From: Bacillota bacterium
GTDB taxonomy: Bacteria > Bacillota > SHA-98 > UBA4971
DNA: 64,000 bases
Direction of reading: 5' to 3'
Assembly: GCA_050261335.1 (NCBI GenBank)
Contig: JBLNDE010000050.1
Location: 7,435 to 71,434, forward strand
Shown: positions 26,834 to 38,797 of the stretch, in pieces
Layout: each line of letters starts with the position of its first letter
How positions within the stretch are numbered: position 1 is the first letter of the stretch
Program-made: the position numbers and the translations under genes
Notes under the pieces: model-generated
What the model was told of the DNA's origin: nothing
Seen by the model: only the letters and a program-made list of their open reading frames with translations
The model's database searches: none

Positions 26834-26917
26834 CCCTCCCAAGAGCCGAGAGCATTTCTGCACTCTCACTTGGGAAATAGCTGAGAGGTTCACACTCAGG
26901 GCGGGAGGCCTCACCTG

Positions 26918-28552
26918 ATGAATGTGACGGATGCAGCAGCGAACGCGCCGAACACCACGGACGCGGGAAACGCAAAGGCTGCCCCTAACGTACAGGGTGC
27001 GGTTATGGCGGCCGCCGTGCGCCGTGTCAGGAACGTGAAGATGCGGGGGATCGTGAAGAGATTCCCCGGCGTGCTGGCGAACGACCACGTGGATCTCGAC
27101 ATCAAGGCCGGCGAGGTGCTCGCCCTGCTTGGCGAGAATGGGGCCGGGAAGACGACCCTCATGAAGGTCCTGTACGGCCTGTACCGCCCCGACGGAGGGC
27201 AGATCCTCGTCAACGACGCGCCGGTGCACATCCCGTCACCCAGGGAGGCGATATCCCTCGGTATAGGCATGGTACACCAGCACTTCATGCTCGTGCCCAG
27301 CCTGACGGTGACGGAGAACGTGGTGCTGGGCCTCGCCTCCCCGCGAGGCCCGCTCCTCGACCTTCGCTCCGCAGCAAGGAGCATAGCCGAGCTTGCTCGC
27401 TCATACGGCCTGAACGTGAAGCCCGACGCGCCAGTGTGGCAACTGAGCGTGGGAGAGCAGCAGCGCGTTGAGATCGTAAAGGCTCTCTATCGTGGCGCTG
27501 AGGTGCTCATTCTCGACGAGCCCACCGCCGTACTCACTCCCCAGGAGGCGAGCGAGCTCATCCAGGTTCTGAAAGGAATGGCCCGGGTGGGGCGCGCCAT
27601 TGTGTTCATTACTCACAAGCTCAACGAGGTGATGGCCGTCAGCGACAGGGTGACAGTGCTTCGCGGCGGCAAGGTGGTGGGCACTGTCCCCACCTCCAAG
27701 GCGGACCCTGGCATGCTCGCCCGGATGATGGTAGGGCGAGATATCGCTCCGGCACGCCGTTCGGGCGAGGCAGCGCAGGGAGCACCGGTCCTCGAGCTAT
27801 CCGGCGTGTGGGCAGACAACGACAAGGGCCTGCCTGCACTCCGCGGCCTATCCCTCGAAGTCAGGACAGGAGAGATCGTGGGTCTCGCCGGGGTGTCAGG
27901 CAACGGGCAAAAAGAGCTCGCAGAAGCCATAGCGGGACTACGGCGGGTGACGCGCGGCCGGGTGCGCCTTCAGGGCAAGGACATCACCAATGCACCGCCC
28001 GCCCGCATTATCGCGGAAGGTCTCGGCTACGTGCCCGAGGACCGCCTCTCGGTGGGCATCGTGCCCTCGTTCTCCGTGGAGGAGAACCTGGTGCTCAAGA
28101 GCCACCACCGCCCGCCATTCTCCCGAGGCATCTTCCTCCAGGGCCGGGCCATCCGGGACTGGGCCACGAGGATGGTCGAGCAGTACGATATCAGGACGCC
28201 GGACCTCCACACCGTCGCCACGCACCTCTCAGGCGGAAACATCCAGCGGCTCATCCTGGCGCGAGACGTGTCCAGGAATCCGGCGATGCTGCTGGCCTGC
28301 TACCCCACTCGGGGGCTGGACATCGCCGCCACGGAGTACGTCCATCGCCGGCTTCTGGACGTGAGAGCGGCCGGCGGCGGCATTCTCCTCATCTCCGAGG
28401 AGCTTGACGAGATCCTCAACCTCAGCGACCGCATAGCCGTCATCTATGAGGGAGAGATCGTGGACGTGCTGGATACGGACCAGGTCAACGTGGACGAACT
28501 CGGGCTCCTCATGGCTGGCGGGCGCCGCGACCAGGCAGCCCCGCCGCGCTAA
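26918..28552 (+). CDS. ABC transporter ATP-binding protein with two fused ATPase domains
   Basis: Walker A GENGAGKTT and GVSGNGQKE; signatures LSVGEQQR and LSGGNIQR; Walker B ILDEPT. Confidence 0.88.
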   Translation: MNVTDAAANAPNTTDAGNAKAAPNVQGAVMAAAVRRVRNVKMRGIVKRFPGVLANDHVDLDIKAGEVLALLGENGAGKTTLMKVLYGLYRPDGGQILVNDAPVHIPSPREAISLGIGMVHQHFMLVPSLTVTENVVLGLASPRGPLLDLRSAARSIAELARSYGLNVKPDAPVWQLSVGEQQRVEIVKALYRGAEVLILDEPTAVLTPQEASELIQVLKGMARVGRAIVFITHKLNEVMAVSDRVTVLRGGKVVGTVPTSKADPGMLARMMVGRDIAPARRSGEAAQGAPVLELSGVWADNDKGLPALRGLSLEVRTGEIVGLAGVSGNGQKELAEAIAGLRRVTRGRVRLQGKDITNAPPARIIAEGLGYVPEDRLSVGIVPSFSVEENLVLKSHHRPPFSRGIFLQGRAIRDWATRMVEQYDIRTPDLHTVATHLSGGNIQRLILARDVSRNPAMLLACYPTRGLDIAATEYVHRRLLDVRAAGGGILLISEELDEILNLSDRIAVIYEGEIVDVLDTDQVNVDELGLLMAGGRRDQAAPPR

Positions 28553-28571
28553 CCCCGCCAACGGAGTAGCC

Positions 28572-29984
28572 CTATATGTGAATGGCCATGCGGTGGACGG
28601 CCTCGGCGGCCTCGCCCAGGGCCTCCGCAAGCGTGGGATGCGCGTGTATGGTCTTCGCGAACTCGCCGACGGTCATCCTCATCCTCACCGCCACGGCGGG
28701 TTCGGGGATGAGCTCCGTGGCATGCGGGCCGACGATGTGGATCCCGAGGATCCTGTCAGTACTGGCGTCGGCGATGATCTTGACGAACCCCTCGGCCTCC
28801 CCCATCGCAAGAGCCTTGCCGCTCGCCGTGAAGGGGAACTTCCCCACTCTTATATCGAAGCCCTCATCCCTGGCCTGCCGCTCGTTCAACCCGACGCTCG
28901 CCACCTCGGGCGATGTGAAGATGGCGCTCGGCACGGCCGCGTACGACATGCGCCTGTCGGCCCCTGCTATGTTGTGGGCGGCAACGATCCCCTGCGCCGA
29001 CGCCACGTGTGCGAGCATTACCTTGCCCACGACGTCTCCGATGGCGTAAAAGCCGGAGACATTCGTCGCCATCTGGTCGTTCACGACCACCTCGCCCCGC
29101 TTGCCGATCTCGACTCCAACATCCTCGAGGCCGATGCCCTCGGAGTTAGCCTTTCGCCCGACCGACAGGAGCACTCGCGACGCCGCGAGGCGCTCGCCGC
29201 TATCAAGCGTGGCCACGGCCCCGTCTCCCTCCGCGGCGATACGCTCGATCCTGACGCCCGTCCTCACCTCCACCCCGCGCTTCTTCAGGGAAGCCGCTAC
29301 AGCAGCAGCTGAATCCGGGTCCTCCATCGGCAGCACCGTCGGCATTATGTCAACCACAGTCACCCGACTGCCCAGGCTCGAGAAAATGAATGCAAACTCG
29401 CACCCGATGACGCCGCCGCCCACAATGAGCAGGCTCCCGGGCACATCCTGAAGGTCGAGGGCCTCGTCGCTGGTGATGACGGTTCGGCCGTCGTACCCAA
29501 ACGACGGCAAGATCATTGGCTTCGACCCCGTCGCGATGATTATGTCGCGCGCCTTCACCTCGGCCGGCCCGTCCTTCGCCTCGACCTCGACCCGCCCCGG
29601 GCCGGCCACCCTGCCGACACCCGCGATCACGGTGACCTTGTTCTTCTTCAGGAGAAAGCCTATTCCCGCCCGGAGCCTCGCCACCACCTGGTTTTTCCGC
29701 GCCACCATCTTGTCGAAGCGCGCCCGGACCTCGCCCGCGCCGCCGGTCTCCACGCCGAACTCGGCAAGGCGCCTCGCCATCTCGAGGGTCTGTGTGCTCG
29801 CAACAAGCGCCTTGGTGGGGATGCAACCCCTGTTCAGGCACGTCCCGCCAAGCTGGTCCTTTTCAACGAGGCACACCGAGCGTCCAAGCTGCGCCGCCCT
29901 GATAGCCGCGACATACCCGCCCGGCCCCCCTCCTACCACTGCCGCGTCGAATTCTGCCAACCCGCAACACCTCTTTCTCGACAC
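28572..29984 (-). CDS. lpdA: Dihydrolipoyl dehydrogenase (alternative TTG start at 29960, preceded by AAAGAGGTG)
   Basis: FAD motif VVGGGPGGYVAA and redox-active disulfide GGTCLNRGCIPTKAL. Confidence 0.88.
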   Translation of the reverse strand: MSRKRCCGLAEFDAAVVGGGPGGYVAAIRAAQLGRSVCLVEKDQLGGTCLNRGCIPTKALVASTQTLEMARRLAEFGVETGGAGEVRARFDKMVARKNQVVARLRAGIGFLLKKNKVTVIAGVGRVAGPGRVEVEAKDGPAEVKARDIIIATGSKPMILPSFGYDGRTVITSDEALDLQDVPGSLLIVGGGVIGCEFAFIFSSLGSRVTVVDIMPTVLPMEDPDSAAAVAASLKKRGVEVRTGVRIERIAAEGDGAVATLDSGERLAASRVLLSVGRKANSEGIGLEDVGVEIGKRGEVVVNDQMATNVSGFYAIGDVVGKVMLAHVASAQGIVAAHNIAGADRRMSYAAVPSAIFTSPEVASVGLNERQARDEGFDIRVGKFPFTASGKALAMGEAEGFVKIIADASTDRILGIHIVGPHATELIPEPAVAVRMRMTVGEFAKTIHAHPTLAEALGEAAEAVHRMAIHI

Positions 29985-31204
29985 CGGTCTTCCCCAAAGC
30001 GCGCTGCCGGATCTGGTCCGCCCGTCACCCTCCTCGCCGCACTGGACAGGGTCGATACGTCCCCTGGCCGGCGCGGGCCGCTGGGCCCGCGCCCTACGGC
30101 TGCGGCGAGTACACGCGCGGCACGCGCTTGGTTATGGCGCACACCACCTCATAGCTTATCGTGCCCAGTTTGTCTGCGACCTCTTCAGCGGAGATCTCCT
30201 GGTCGCCCTGCCGGCCTATGAGGACCGCCTCATCCCCCACCTCGACCTCGAGATTCCCGGCGTCCACCATGCACTGGTCCATGCAGACCCGTCCGACGAC
30301 GGGGAGCCTCCTCCCCCTTATCAAGACCTCACCGCGGTTCGATAGGCCTCGCGAAAGGCCGTCAGCATATCCGACGGGAAGGGTGGCGATCACCGTGTCC
30401 TCTCGGGTCACGTACGTCGATCCGTAGCTCACGGGGGTGCCCGCAGGCACCCTCTTCACAAAGCACACCCGTGTCTTCAGCGACAGGGCGGGCCGGATGT
30501 CCATCTCCCTCTTCACCTTCTGGAACCTCTCAGTGCTGAACGGCGAGAGGCCGTACATCAGGATGCCTGGCCTCACAAGGTCCAGCCAGGCCTCGGGCAT
30601 GTCCACGCAAGCCGCGCTGTTTGCCACGTGGCGAAACTGGATCTGCACTCCCGTCGTGCGCAGAGCCTCAGTCACTTCCATGAACCTCGAAAGCTGCTCC
30701 CGCGCACACGACTTGTCATCCGCATCGGCGGTGGCGAAGTGTGTGTATACGCCCTCGACCTCAACGTTCGGGAGCATGGCGATGCGCCGCACGAAGCTTA
30801 CGGCCTGCCGAGGCGCAACCCCGATCCGACCCATCCCGGTGTCCACCTTGATATGGCACTTACCCCTCTTGCCCTCCTGCGTCGCTGCCACCGACAGGGC
30901 CTCGGCGAACTCGTACGTGCCCACGGTGCAGGACAGGCTGTAGCGGAGGACGCGCCGCGCCTGGCTCGGGAAAAGCTGACCGAAAACGAGAATCGGGGCG
31001 ATGATGCCGCTCTTTCGCAGCACGACCCCCTCCTCCACAAGGGCGACACCGAGCCATGTGGCGCCGCTCGTAAGGGCCGTAGTTGCCACCTGGACGGCCC
31101 CATGGCCATAGGCGTCGGCTTTCACCACCGCCATGATCTCCGGCCCCGCCCCGATCCTCCTTCGGATCGCGGCTATGTTCCTGCCTATGCTCGCAAGGTC
31201 CACC

Positions 31205-32848
<1,644 letters not shown>

Positions 32849-33447
32849 GAGCTATGGCGATGTCGCGAGTGTGAGCGATGCTGACCTCAACCCGGACAAC
32901 ACCGCGCTGCGCGGCCACGTCGGCCGCCCGGCCGGCCAGGCGCACGTACGGCTTCCCGCAGGGATCCTCCGCGATCTCGATCTCGCTCCACCCGAAGCCG
33001 CGTATCCCGGTGCCCAGGGCCTTCGCCACGGCCTCCTTGGCCGCAAACCGCCCGGCCAGCCTGTCGTAGCGACCCCCCGTGGAGGACTTCATCTCCTCGG
33101 ACGTGAACACCCGCCCCTCGAGCCTGTCACCCTTACGCTGCATGAGTTCGCGGATGCGGGCCACCTCAACGATGTCCACGCCCACACCAGTTACGCCGGG
33201 CGCGTCCCATGCACGGCCGCTCCCGGCTTTCAGCGCCTCGGCGCCCGTGGATAGGGAGGGGCCGCTGCGGTCGGGAACCCGGGCCGCGTCACCGCTCCCC
33301 GCTCCTGGCTCGCCAGCGCGGCGCGCTCCGGCCGCGCCGGAGATCTGTTCTGAACCTTGTGTACCGTTCGCCCGGAGAATCATCGGCCCTGCCATCGTCT
33401 CCGTTCTCAGCCCCCGGCCCCCGCCCCCAACACGCGTTACTCGCGCG

Positions 33448-35280
33448 TTACTCGACGGTCACACTCTTCGCCAGGTTCCTCGGCTTATCCACATCGCAGC
33501 CCCGGGCCACCGCTGCGTAGTACGCGAACAACTGCAGCGGAATGACCGCCAGCACCGGCGCCAGATACGCGCTGGTCCGCGGGATATAGACCACGTGGTC
33601 CACAGACTTGCGGATCTCGTCGTCGCCGTCGAGCGCGAGGGCGACGACCGTGGCATCGCGCGCCTTCACTTCCTTGATGTTGCTCAGCATCTTTTCATAC
33701 ACGTCGCCCTGGGTCGCAAGGGCTATGACCGGCACGCCCTTCACCACGAGAGCAAGCGTGCCATGCTTCAGTTCACCGGCCGGGTACGACTGGGCGTTGA
33801 TGTAGGAGATCTCCTTGAGCTTGAGGCTCCCCTCCATGGAGACCGCATAGTCGAGCCCCCTGCCGATGAAAAACATCTGCTCCGCCCGATGCAGCTCCTG
33901 TGCGAGATCGCGCACCACGCTGTCCTGCCCCAGCAGGATCTCCTCGGCGTACATGGGAAGCTTCTCCATCTGGCGCACGATTTCCTGCTCTTCTTCGAGA
34001 TCGATCGTGCCCCGGCGTCTTCCCAGCCCCACCGCAACGAGAGCGAGCGCCACGAGCTGCGTGATGTACGCCTTCGTGGACGCCACCGCGATCTCCGGGC
34101 CTGCCCACGTGTAGAGCACGTCGTCCGCCTCGCGCGCCACCGAACTCCCGACGACGTTGGTGATGGCCACCACGCGCGAGCCCCGCTTCTTCGCCTCCCT
34201 GAGCGCCGCGAGGGTGTCGGCGGTCTCTCCAGACTGGCTGACCACAATCGTAAGCGTCCTCGGGGAGACCATCGGGTCTCTATACCGGAACTCGCTCGCA
34301 ACGTCCACTTCCACCGGTACCCGCATCAGGCCTTCTATGAGCCTCTTGCCCACGAGGCCAGCATGGTAAGCTGTGCCGCACGCGACGATGAATACCTTGT
34401 CGATGTTCGCGAGGTCGGCGCCTGTGATGGGTACTTCGTGCAAGGAAACCGTTTTCGCGTCCCTGTCGATCCGCCCGGTGAGTGTATCCCGGATGGCCCG
34501 GGGCTGCTCGTGTATTTCCTTGAGCATGAAGTGATCGTATCCGCCCTTCTCGGCCATCACAGGATCCCACCTGACGTGGACCACCTCCTTTTGCACGGGC
34601 CGCCCGTCGAGGTCCTGCACGGTGACGCTGTCCGACGTGAGGATGGCAACCTCCCCGTCCTCCATGACGAAGATCTCCCTCGTAGCAGCCATGACCGCAG
34701 GGATATCGGACGCAAGGAAGTTCTCGCCCTTCCCAAGGCCGACGATGAGCGGGCTATCCTTGCGGGCTGCGACGATCATGTCGGGGTCGCGTCGGGATAT
34801 CACAGCGATGGCAAACGATCCGCGCGCCCTGGAGAGAGCCTGCCGCACTGCGCCCGCCAGGTCCCCGTTGTAGTACTGCTCGATGAGGTGCGGGAGCACC
34901 TCGGTGTCGGTCTCGGAGTTGAACGCATGACCCCTCGCCTCGAGCCACTCCCGCAGGGCGAGGTAATTCTCGATGATGCCGTTGTGGACCACGGCGAGCT
35001 GCCCCGTGCAGTCGCTGTGCGGGTGGGCGTTCACGTCGGACGGCCTGCCGTGAGTCGCCCAGCGCGTGTGTCCGATCCCCACGCAGCCGGCAGGGGCTTC
35101 CCCGTTGAGCTGGGCCTCCAGCTTCGCCAGCCTGCCTTCGGTCTTCCTCACCTCGATTGACCCGTTTCCCAGAACCGCGATCCCGGCTGAATCGTATCCA
35201 CGGTACTCCAGCTTTTTCAGGTTATCCAGGAGGATTGGGCTTGCCTGGCGCGGCCCGATATAGCCGACTATTCCACACAT
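33448..35280 (-). CDS. glmS: Glutamine--fructose-6-phosphate aminotransferase
   Basis: MCGIVGY N-terminus (Cys2 amidotransferase), SIS domains, C-terminal KSVTVE. Start set to ATG 35280. Confidence 0.95.
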   Translation of the reverse strand: MCGIVGYIGPRQASPILLDNLKKLEYRGYDSAGIAVLGNGSIEVRKTEGRLAKLEAQLNGEAPAGCVGIGHTRWATHGRPSDVNAHPHSDCTGQLAVVHNGIIENYLALREWLEARGHAFNSETDTEVLPHLIEQYYNGDLAGAVRQALSRARGSFAIAVISRRDPDMIVAARKDSPLIVGLGKGENFLASDIPAVMAATREIFVMEDGEVAILTSDSVTVQDLDGRPVQKEVVHVRWDPVMAEKGGYDHFMLKEIHEQPRAIRDTLTGRIDRDAKTVSLHEVPITGADLANIDKVFIVACGTAYHAGLVGKRLIEGLMRVPVEVDVASEFRYRDPMVSPRTLTIVVSQSGETADTLAALREAKKRGSRVVAITNVVGSSVAREADDVLYTWAGPEIAVASTKAYITQLVALALVAVGLGRRRGTIDLEEEQEIVRQMEKLPMYAEEILLGQDSVVRDLAQELHRAEQMFFIGRGLDYAVSMEGSLKLKEISYINAQSYPAGELKHGTLALVVKGVPVIALATQGDVYEKMLSNIKEVKARDATVVALALDGDDEIRKSVDHVVYIPRTSAYLAPVLAVIPLQLFAYYAAVARGCDVDKPRNLAKSVTVE

Positions 35281-35398
35281 GGTCCTGCTCCTTTCGGGTG
35301 AGTGACTGACAAGTACTGAAGACGGTGGCCCGGCAATCGCATGGCTGCCTCTACCGGCAACCGTACGAAGCGCCGGGCCGGTCTCGCACCGTCGCGGC

Positions 35399-36775
35399 TT
35401 AGCCGAGAGCCTCACTTATCGCCCTGGCGACATCCCCGACGACCTGTTCCAAGCTCGCGCGGTCAGGTCCCTCACCGAGCACCCTGACGAGGGGCTCGGT
35501 GCCGGACGGCCGCACGAATATCCTGCCATCGTCGCCGAGGCGTTCGGTGGCGCGGGCAACAGCCTCATCAATGGCCCGGTTACCGGAGAGCCCGTTCTTG
35601 TCGCGGACTCTCACGTTTACGAGCACCTGCGGGAAGGTCTGCATCCAGGAGGCCAGCGCCGAGAGAGGCTGCATCGTCTCGCGGACCACGCAAAGGAGCG
35701 CAAGCGCCGTGATGGCTCCGTCCCCGGTCGTGCTGCGGTCGAGGAAGATGATGTGGCCGGATTGCTCGCCTCCGAGGATGATGCCCGTCCTGCGCATCTC
35801 CTCCAGCACGTAACGGTCGCCGGCCTTCGTGAGGACCACGGACCCGCCCTCGCGCTCGAAGGCTTTCACCAATCCAAGATTGCTGTAGACGGTAGCCACG
35901 ATCGAGTTGCGGGGGAGCTTTCCCTGGCGAAGGAGATGAAGCCCGCATATAGCCATGATGTGGTCGCCGTCGACCACCCGACCCCTCTCATCGACGGCGA
36001 TGAGCCTGTCAGCGTCGCCGTCGTGTGCAAGGCCGATGTCAGCCCCTGCCTCCACCACGGCCCGCGAGACGGCCTCCGGGTGGGTCGAACCGCAGCCCAC
36101 GTTTATGTTCGTGCCGTCAGGCGCGTCGCTCATGGCGACAACGTCGGCGCCGAGCTCCCTCAACAGCCTTGGGGTGCACGCAAATGCCGCGCCGTTCGCG
36201 CAGTCCACGACGATCTTGAGCCCTTCCAGCGTAACATCGCAGGTGCGTTTCACAAACTCCACGTATCTATCCTGAGCGTCAGTGATATCCAGTGATCGTC
36301 CCACGTCGCACCCTGTGGGTCTCGGCAGGCCGTCTTCCGGTTCGGACCGCACGTTGCCTGCACCGTCGAGGACGCGCCGCTCTATCTCTACCTCCTCCTC
36401 ATCGGATAGCTTGAAGCCGTCACGAGAGAAGAACTTGATGCCGTTGTACTCGACGGGGTTGTGCGAAGCGGAGATGACGGCCCCGGCGTCGGCCTCGAGG
36501 CTGCGCACGAGATAGGCCACGCCGGGCGTTGGCACCACCCCCACACGCAGCACGCGCGTTCCGACGGACATCATACCAGCCGCCAGGGCCGCCTCGAGCA
36601 TATCCCCGGAAAGCCTCGTGTCCCGGCCGATGACGATCGCGGGGGCGCCGTCCCTTGTGCTCCGTTTCGAGGCGACCACCGCGGCGCCCGCTCGCCCGAG
36701 CCTGAACGCAAGCTCAGGAGAAAGCGCGCCGTTGGCGATCTCACGCACCCCGTCTGTGCCGAACAGTCTTCCCAT
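35399..36775 (-). CDS. glmM: Phosphoglucosamine mutase
   Basis: MGRLFGTDGVR N-terminus and phosphoserine loop SASHNP. ATG at 36775 preceded by GGGAGGAC. Confidence 0.93.
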   Translation of the reverse strand: MGRLFGTDGVREIANGALSPELAFRLGRAGAAVVASKRSTRDGAPAIVIGRDTRLSGDMLEAALAAGMMSVGTRVLRVGVVPTPGVAYLVRSLEADAGAVISASHNPVEYNGIKFFSRDGFKLSDEEEVEIERRVLDGAGNVRSEPEDGLPRPTGCDVGRSLDITDAQDRYVEFVKRTCDVTLEGLKIVVDCANGAAFACTPRLLRELGADVVAMSDAPDGTNINVGCGSTHPEAVSRAVVEAGADIGLAHDGDADRLIAVDERGRVVDGDHIMAICGLHLLRQGKLPRNSIVATVYSNLGLVKAFEREGGSVVLTKAGDRYVLEEMRRTGIILGGEQSGHIIFLDRSTTGDGAITALALLCVVRETMQPLSALASWMQTFPQVLVNVRVRDKNGLSGNRAIDEAVARATERLGDDGRIFVRPSGTEPLVRVLGEGPDRASLEQVVGDVARAISEALG

Positions 36776-36843
36776 CCACTCTGTCCTCCCGGTCTCTCGC
36801 AAATCGTCCGCCAATCGTTAATGAACGGTCAGTTGATGAACGC

Positions 36844-37734
36844 TCAATAGAGACTCTCGGTCTTCTTGAGATTCGGCTGCACAGGTGCCTTACCAGGCGT
36901 CGACCCGGGGGCAGACGCACCGCCCGCGCTGTTACCGGTACCGGCATCGGAGCCGGAGCCCCCGCCAGTGGAGGAAGCGCCGCCACCGGCCGGTCCTGAT
37001 GCGCCGGATACACCCTGCCCGGCCGCGCCCGCGCCGGCCCCCCCGCTCCCCGTAGCTGAAGGCGCAAGTTGCGCCCTCGCCTGCACCGGGACGGTGATGC
37101 GAGCCGACGCCGGATACGCGCTCACGCCCTCGACCTGGCTGCCGCTGCCGTCGACGGGGACCACCGCCACGTCCCGCGAGACCCCGGCTGCAACCCCTGA
37201 GATGTCTATCTGGGCGAGCGCGCTCCTCACCGCCTCCACCCTGCTCCTTGGCCCAGCTATCGTCACTGACCTCGGCGTGGAGCCTGGCTGCAAGGGGACA
37301 TAGCCGTCGCTCGGAAATCCCACGAGAGCCACGACCACAGGCATGTCCCGTCCGATGACAGCCTCAACGGTCACGCTCGTGCTCGACGGCATTATCTCCA
37401 TGACCTGGACGCCGTCGGGCGCCGAGGCCTGAACCCTCACGCCGTGCTCGCCTTCCCCGCGCCCCGCTACAGACACGAACGCTCTGACCCTGGACCCGTC
37501 GAGCGGCTCCACCACATGCCTGGGCCCGCGCACGCGGACTTCCACATCTTTGGGTTTCGCGGTGATTATGAGGTTCGGGGCCACCCCGCGAACCTCCATG
37601 CCAACCGTGATGATCTTCTCGACGGTGTCCCCTTGCGTGCGCCTGATGTCGGCACCCGCCACGAACCATACAACGATTGCGAGAAGCAGCGCTGCTATTC
37701 GCAGGTGCAGGTCGCGCGCAACGGGCAACTTCAT
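36844..37734 (-). CDS. cdaR: CdaA regulatory protein CdaR (YbbR-domain protein) with a Gly/Ser/Ala-rich tail
   Basis: N-terminal TM helix, then YbbR-like repeats. Its ATG overlaps the cdaA stop (ATGA at 37731-37734). Confidence 0.82.
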   Translation of the reverse strand: MKLPVARDLHLRIAALLLAIVVWFVAGADIRRTQGDTVEKIITVGMEVRGVAPNLIITAKPKDVEVRVRGPRHVVEPLDGSRVRAFVSVAGRGEGEHGVRVQASAPDGVQVMEIMPSSTSVTVEAVIGRDMPVVVALVGFPSDGYVPLQPGSTPRSVTIAGPRSRVEAVRSALAQIDISGVAAGVSRDVAVVPVDGSGSQVEGVSAYPASARITVPVQARAQLAPSATGSGGAGAGAAGQGVSGASGPAGGGASSTGGGSGSDAGTGNSAGGASAPGSTPGKAPVQPNLKKTESLY

Positions 37735-38582
37735 GTCGCATGCCCCCTCAGCCACCCGGGGATGCCCTGCCTGACGCGGCCGGGTTCCAGCAACTCCCCG
37801 AGCTTATCCCTCAGGGCACCCTCGTCGAGGTAGCGCGTGAGCTTGCCGTTAAGCGCCAGTGAGATGACCCCTGTCTCCTCGGAAACGATCACGACCACCG
37901 CATCAGACTGCTCCGTGAGACCCAGTGCAGCCCTGTGCCTCGTCCCGAGCCTCTTGCTTACGGCCGGGTTCTCCGTGAGAGGCAGGTAACATCCTGCCGC
38001 GACGATCCTGTTCCCCTTGATGATGACGGCGCCGTCGTGAAGAGGCGAGTTGGGCGTGAATATGTTGGCGAGGAGTTCCGCTGACACCACGCCGTCGATC
38101 TTCGTCCCGGTCTCCATGAGTTCGGCGACGCCGGTCTCACGCTCGATCACGATGAGCGCACCGACCTTGTCCCGGGCCATCATCGCCGCCGCCCGTGCGA
38201 CGTCGGAGATGAGCCTCGCGGCATCCTCCTTGCCGAGAAACCCGAGAGGGCCTGCGAAAAGGCCTCCGCGGCCGATCTGCTCCAGTGCCCTGCGCAGTTC
38301 TGGCATGAAGACTATGGGCAGCGCCACAAACAGCAGGGTGATGGTCTTCTGCAACAACCAGTATACGGTCCGCAGGCCCAGGAGGTTACTGACCATCGTG
38401 GCTACAAACAGAATGGCGATGCCTTTCAGTAGAGACACCGCCCTCGTTCCCCGGATGATCACGAGTATTTTATAGATGACGTACGCCACGATGAGGATAT
38501 CTGCTACCGCGCTGACAGCCTGCCTGGCATTTATCTTGGCAAGGTCCTCAACGAACCTTGCCAGGCTGATGTCGAACGGCAT
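37731..38582 (-). CDS. cdaA: Diadenylate cyclase CdaA
   Basis: Three N-terminal TM helices and a DAC domain with the HDGAVII and GTRHRAA motifs. ATG at 38582 preceded by GGGGGAGG. Confidence 0.92.
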   Translation of the reverse strand: MPFDISLARFVEDLAKINARQAVSAVADILIVAYVIYKILVIIRGTRAVSLLKGIAILFVATMVSNLLGLRTVYWLLQKTITLLFVALPIVFMPELRRALEQIGRGGLFAGPLGFLGKEDAARLISDVARAAAMMARDKVGALIVIERETGVAELMETGTKIDGVVSAELLANIFTPNSPLHDGAVIIKGNRIVAAGCYLPLTENPAVSKRLGTRHRAALGLTEQSDAVVVIVSEETGVISLALNGKLTRYLDEGALRDKLGELLEPGRVRQGIPGWLRGHAT

Positions 38583-38631
38583 GGGCCTCCCCCTCGGCTC
38601 CGGTCCTGCTTGCAGCCTCCGCCACAACTAT

Positions 38632-38660
38632 ATACTATACATTTGTCCGCGCTCGCGCAA
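38632..38660 (-). promoter_or_regulatory. Candidate promoter of the cdaA operon (TTGCGC-17-TAGTAT)
   Basis: Read on the minus strand: the -35 is the complement of 38655-38660 and the -10 is the complement of 38632-38637. Confidence 0.35.
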
Positions 38661-38757
38661 GGCTCGTTGGCTGGTATTGCACGGTACCGGCTCGAGGAAA
38701 GTCCCCGGCCGGGTGTTGACCTCATGATATCCATCGCGACAAACGAGCAAACGCGAC

Positions 38758-38782
38758 GCGACCGGCACCGGATGCCGGTCGC
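38758..38782 (-). terminator. Intrinsic terminator-like hairpin downstream of the ApgM-type gene
   Basis: GCGACCGGCA-ccgga-TGCCGGTCGC (10-bp perfect stem), followed on the minus strand by GTCGCGTTTGCTCGTTTG. Confidence 0.55.
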
Positions 38783-38797
38783 GAGAGCGCTCGCAGG

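Noticed and set aside
33186-33395. 70-aa Gly/Ala/Arg-rich N-terminal extension of AcpS as a novel domain
   Set aside because: It is low-complexity, and an in-frame GTG at 33185 gives a normal-length AcpS. This is more likely a start-site ambiguity.
33079-35160. 693-aa plus-strand ORF antisense to glmS. Similar long antisense ORFs include 334-1092, 11792-12559, 17732-18577, 24764-25927, 25500-26522, 35753-36295, 43114-43854, 45486-46520, 48752-49525, 50219-51064, 53773-54447 and 62475-63290.
   Set aside because: These are Arg/Pro/Gly/His-rich translations lying opposite genes with unambiguous family motifs. They are typical high-GC shadow ORFs.
35281-35398. glmS ribozyme upstream of glmS
   Set aside because: The spacer is only 118 nt, and I find none of the conserved ribozyme core sequences by eye. 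Kept only as a structured leader needing a covariance-model check.
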